Shown piece by piece: positions 62,371 to 64,000 of a stretch of DNA of 64,000 bases. The notes beneath the pieces were generated by a model. It made no database searches. It was not told where the DNA came from and saw only the letters and a list, made by a program, of their open reading frames with translations. The DNA is taken from NCBI GenBank assembly GCA_026770705.1, contig JANJGN010000001.1, positions 128,588,001 through 128,652,000 on the forward strand, read 5' to 3'. This DNA is from Isurus oxyrinchus (Eukaryota). Both the position numbers and the translations under genes were made by a program. Positions within the stretch are counted from its first letter, which is position 1. Each line of letters begins with the position of its first letter.

Positions 62371-64000
62371 TACATAAAATACAGAAAGTGATCATTTATG
62401 TTGATTTATATTTTGATTCAGCTGTTGTACAATTTGCTTACACTGTACAGGAGGACACACAGATGCAGTAACATTGAGGACATGGTTGCACCTATTGATA
62501 CAATGGAGAGAAATCAGGTGGCATCTTTGCCAACATGCTAAATGATGTGACTGATTTCCTAATATTTGCTGTGCTCTGGTATGCCTGGGCAAAATCTCCC
62601 ATCAGATTCAGTCCTCTGCAGCTTAGACTCTGCTTACCCATTTCACTTCTAGTATTAATCTTTATTGTAAAAGCATAAAGGGAAATAGAACCTTATTTTT
62701 TAAATAACAGCCCAGAAATAAGTTCTTAATCAGATATGTGACTCATTCAAGTTCATGCAGCCTGTAGACTTCTTGCAGAACTCTAAGATTCAGAAGGCTA
62801 CAGCACATATCATGTTGGCTGCAGGAGGGATTTTTCATTGTCACTCATCCAGAGACTCATCTAACTGATATGAAAGGTTATAGTCAGCTTCTTATGTGCG
62901 CTCTCTTAACCCTAAGCAACAGAACACAGAGGGACCCATCATCTCTAAACGTCTTTAACTGATTGTAGCCCTGGCACTGTGTCAGCCCTCTGTTGGTGAG
63001 GTGGAGACAGGCTAGTTAATCTACTGCTTGGGTTAGGAAAATCTAATATCTTTGTTTCCCTCTCTTCCAAGCCTAGGGACACGAGGCAAGCTACCTCTTC
63101 TACTGTTTTACATTCAGCAGGTTGGGTTCTGGTTCATCTCTGTCATAAAATCATTTATTGTGTGGCAGGTTGTTAGTCTGATCCTTTACTCTGAACCAGG
63201 AGAACTGGCTTGATATGAAGGGGCTGGAGGTGGGGAGGGGTACATAAATACCTCACTGGATGTTAGCCTAATATTCAGAAACCAGAACTCTTACTTCTGC
63301 TCACTGGACTACCAGGTGTGGGCTTCGAACCCATAACCTTCCAACTCAGAGGTGTGCATGCCAGCACTGAGCCAAGGCTCATCTCATTGCTCCTAATTTA
63401 TGAGATTATCTTAAAACAACAGAGAGACTGATTTATATGTGCCTTTGTTTGTAAAAACTTCCAGTAATACCTGTTTCTGTCTTCAGGACAAAATGACGAA
63501 AGGCTTCAAATTGTCCCTCATTATTTATCTCTCCTTTCCTGGCATCTGTAAATAGTCCAAAATCAAATGCATTTGGCTGATTGTCATCCAGTTCCAACAA
63601 CTGAAGTTAACAAAAGCCTCACTTGGCATTCCCAGTGCACCAGAATATGCCTAGCTAGTAATTTCTCCATCCCTTCATTTCAATAAGACAGAGAATTGTG
63701 GGCTGTGACAGTATAATTTTGTGATCTTCATGTCATTTAGGAAGGAGAATACCCCACTGAAAGAAGGGGAAACAGAATTTTTACTCCTGAACTAACACTG
63801 ACTCAGAGAGGCTGTGAGGAAACTTAGAAGATTCACTCACTTTATTGGGTACAGGCATTTACCAATTGGAAAATCTACTTTCATTATACTGGCAATGCCA
63901 GTTCAATAGCATTACCAGGCTTTAATTCTCAATAAGCAGGGATAACAGTTTTTACTTTTAATAGGCGTTCCCACTGGTATCAGTCTCTCACAGAATTTTA

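Overview
Vertebrate genomic DNA, most likely a cartilaginous fish (shark-type CR1 LINEs, Deu-domain SINEs and GC-rich TIR elements). The window holds the 3' half of a neuregulin-1 (NRG1) gene on the minus strand. I reconstructed the exons by hand: EGF-common (43645-43765), alpha (36904-36971), beta (36015-36073), linker-1 (26548-26571), transmembrane (22542-22644), three common cytoplasmic exons and the a-tail terminal exon (7128-7767). All have GT-AG boundaries and compatible phases, and a probable ~4 kb repeat-free 3'UTR follows. The 5' exons (Ig, CRD, spacer) were not found and probably lie beyond 64000. The main oddities are: (1) an in-phase alternative terminal exon (8914-9013) built from a duplicate of the gene's own C-terminus with the stop codon mutated; (2) an EGF-common exon that looks like NRG2 inside an otherwise NRG1 gene; (3) a candidate 30-nt juxtamembrane microexon with RBFOX motifs; (4) two minimal type I hammerhead ribozyme folds in Penelope-like remnants; (5) a CpG-rich candidate internal first exon or recursive splice site about 4 kb upstream of the EGF exon. 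Most ORFs in the supplied track are spurious. Comparisons to human NRG1/NRG2 are from memory, not from alignment, and repeat boundaries are approximate.
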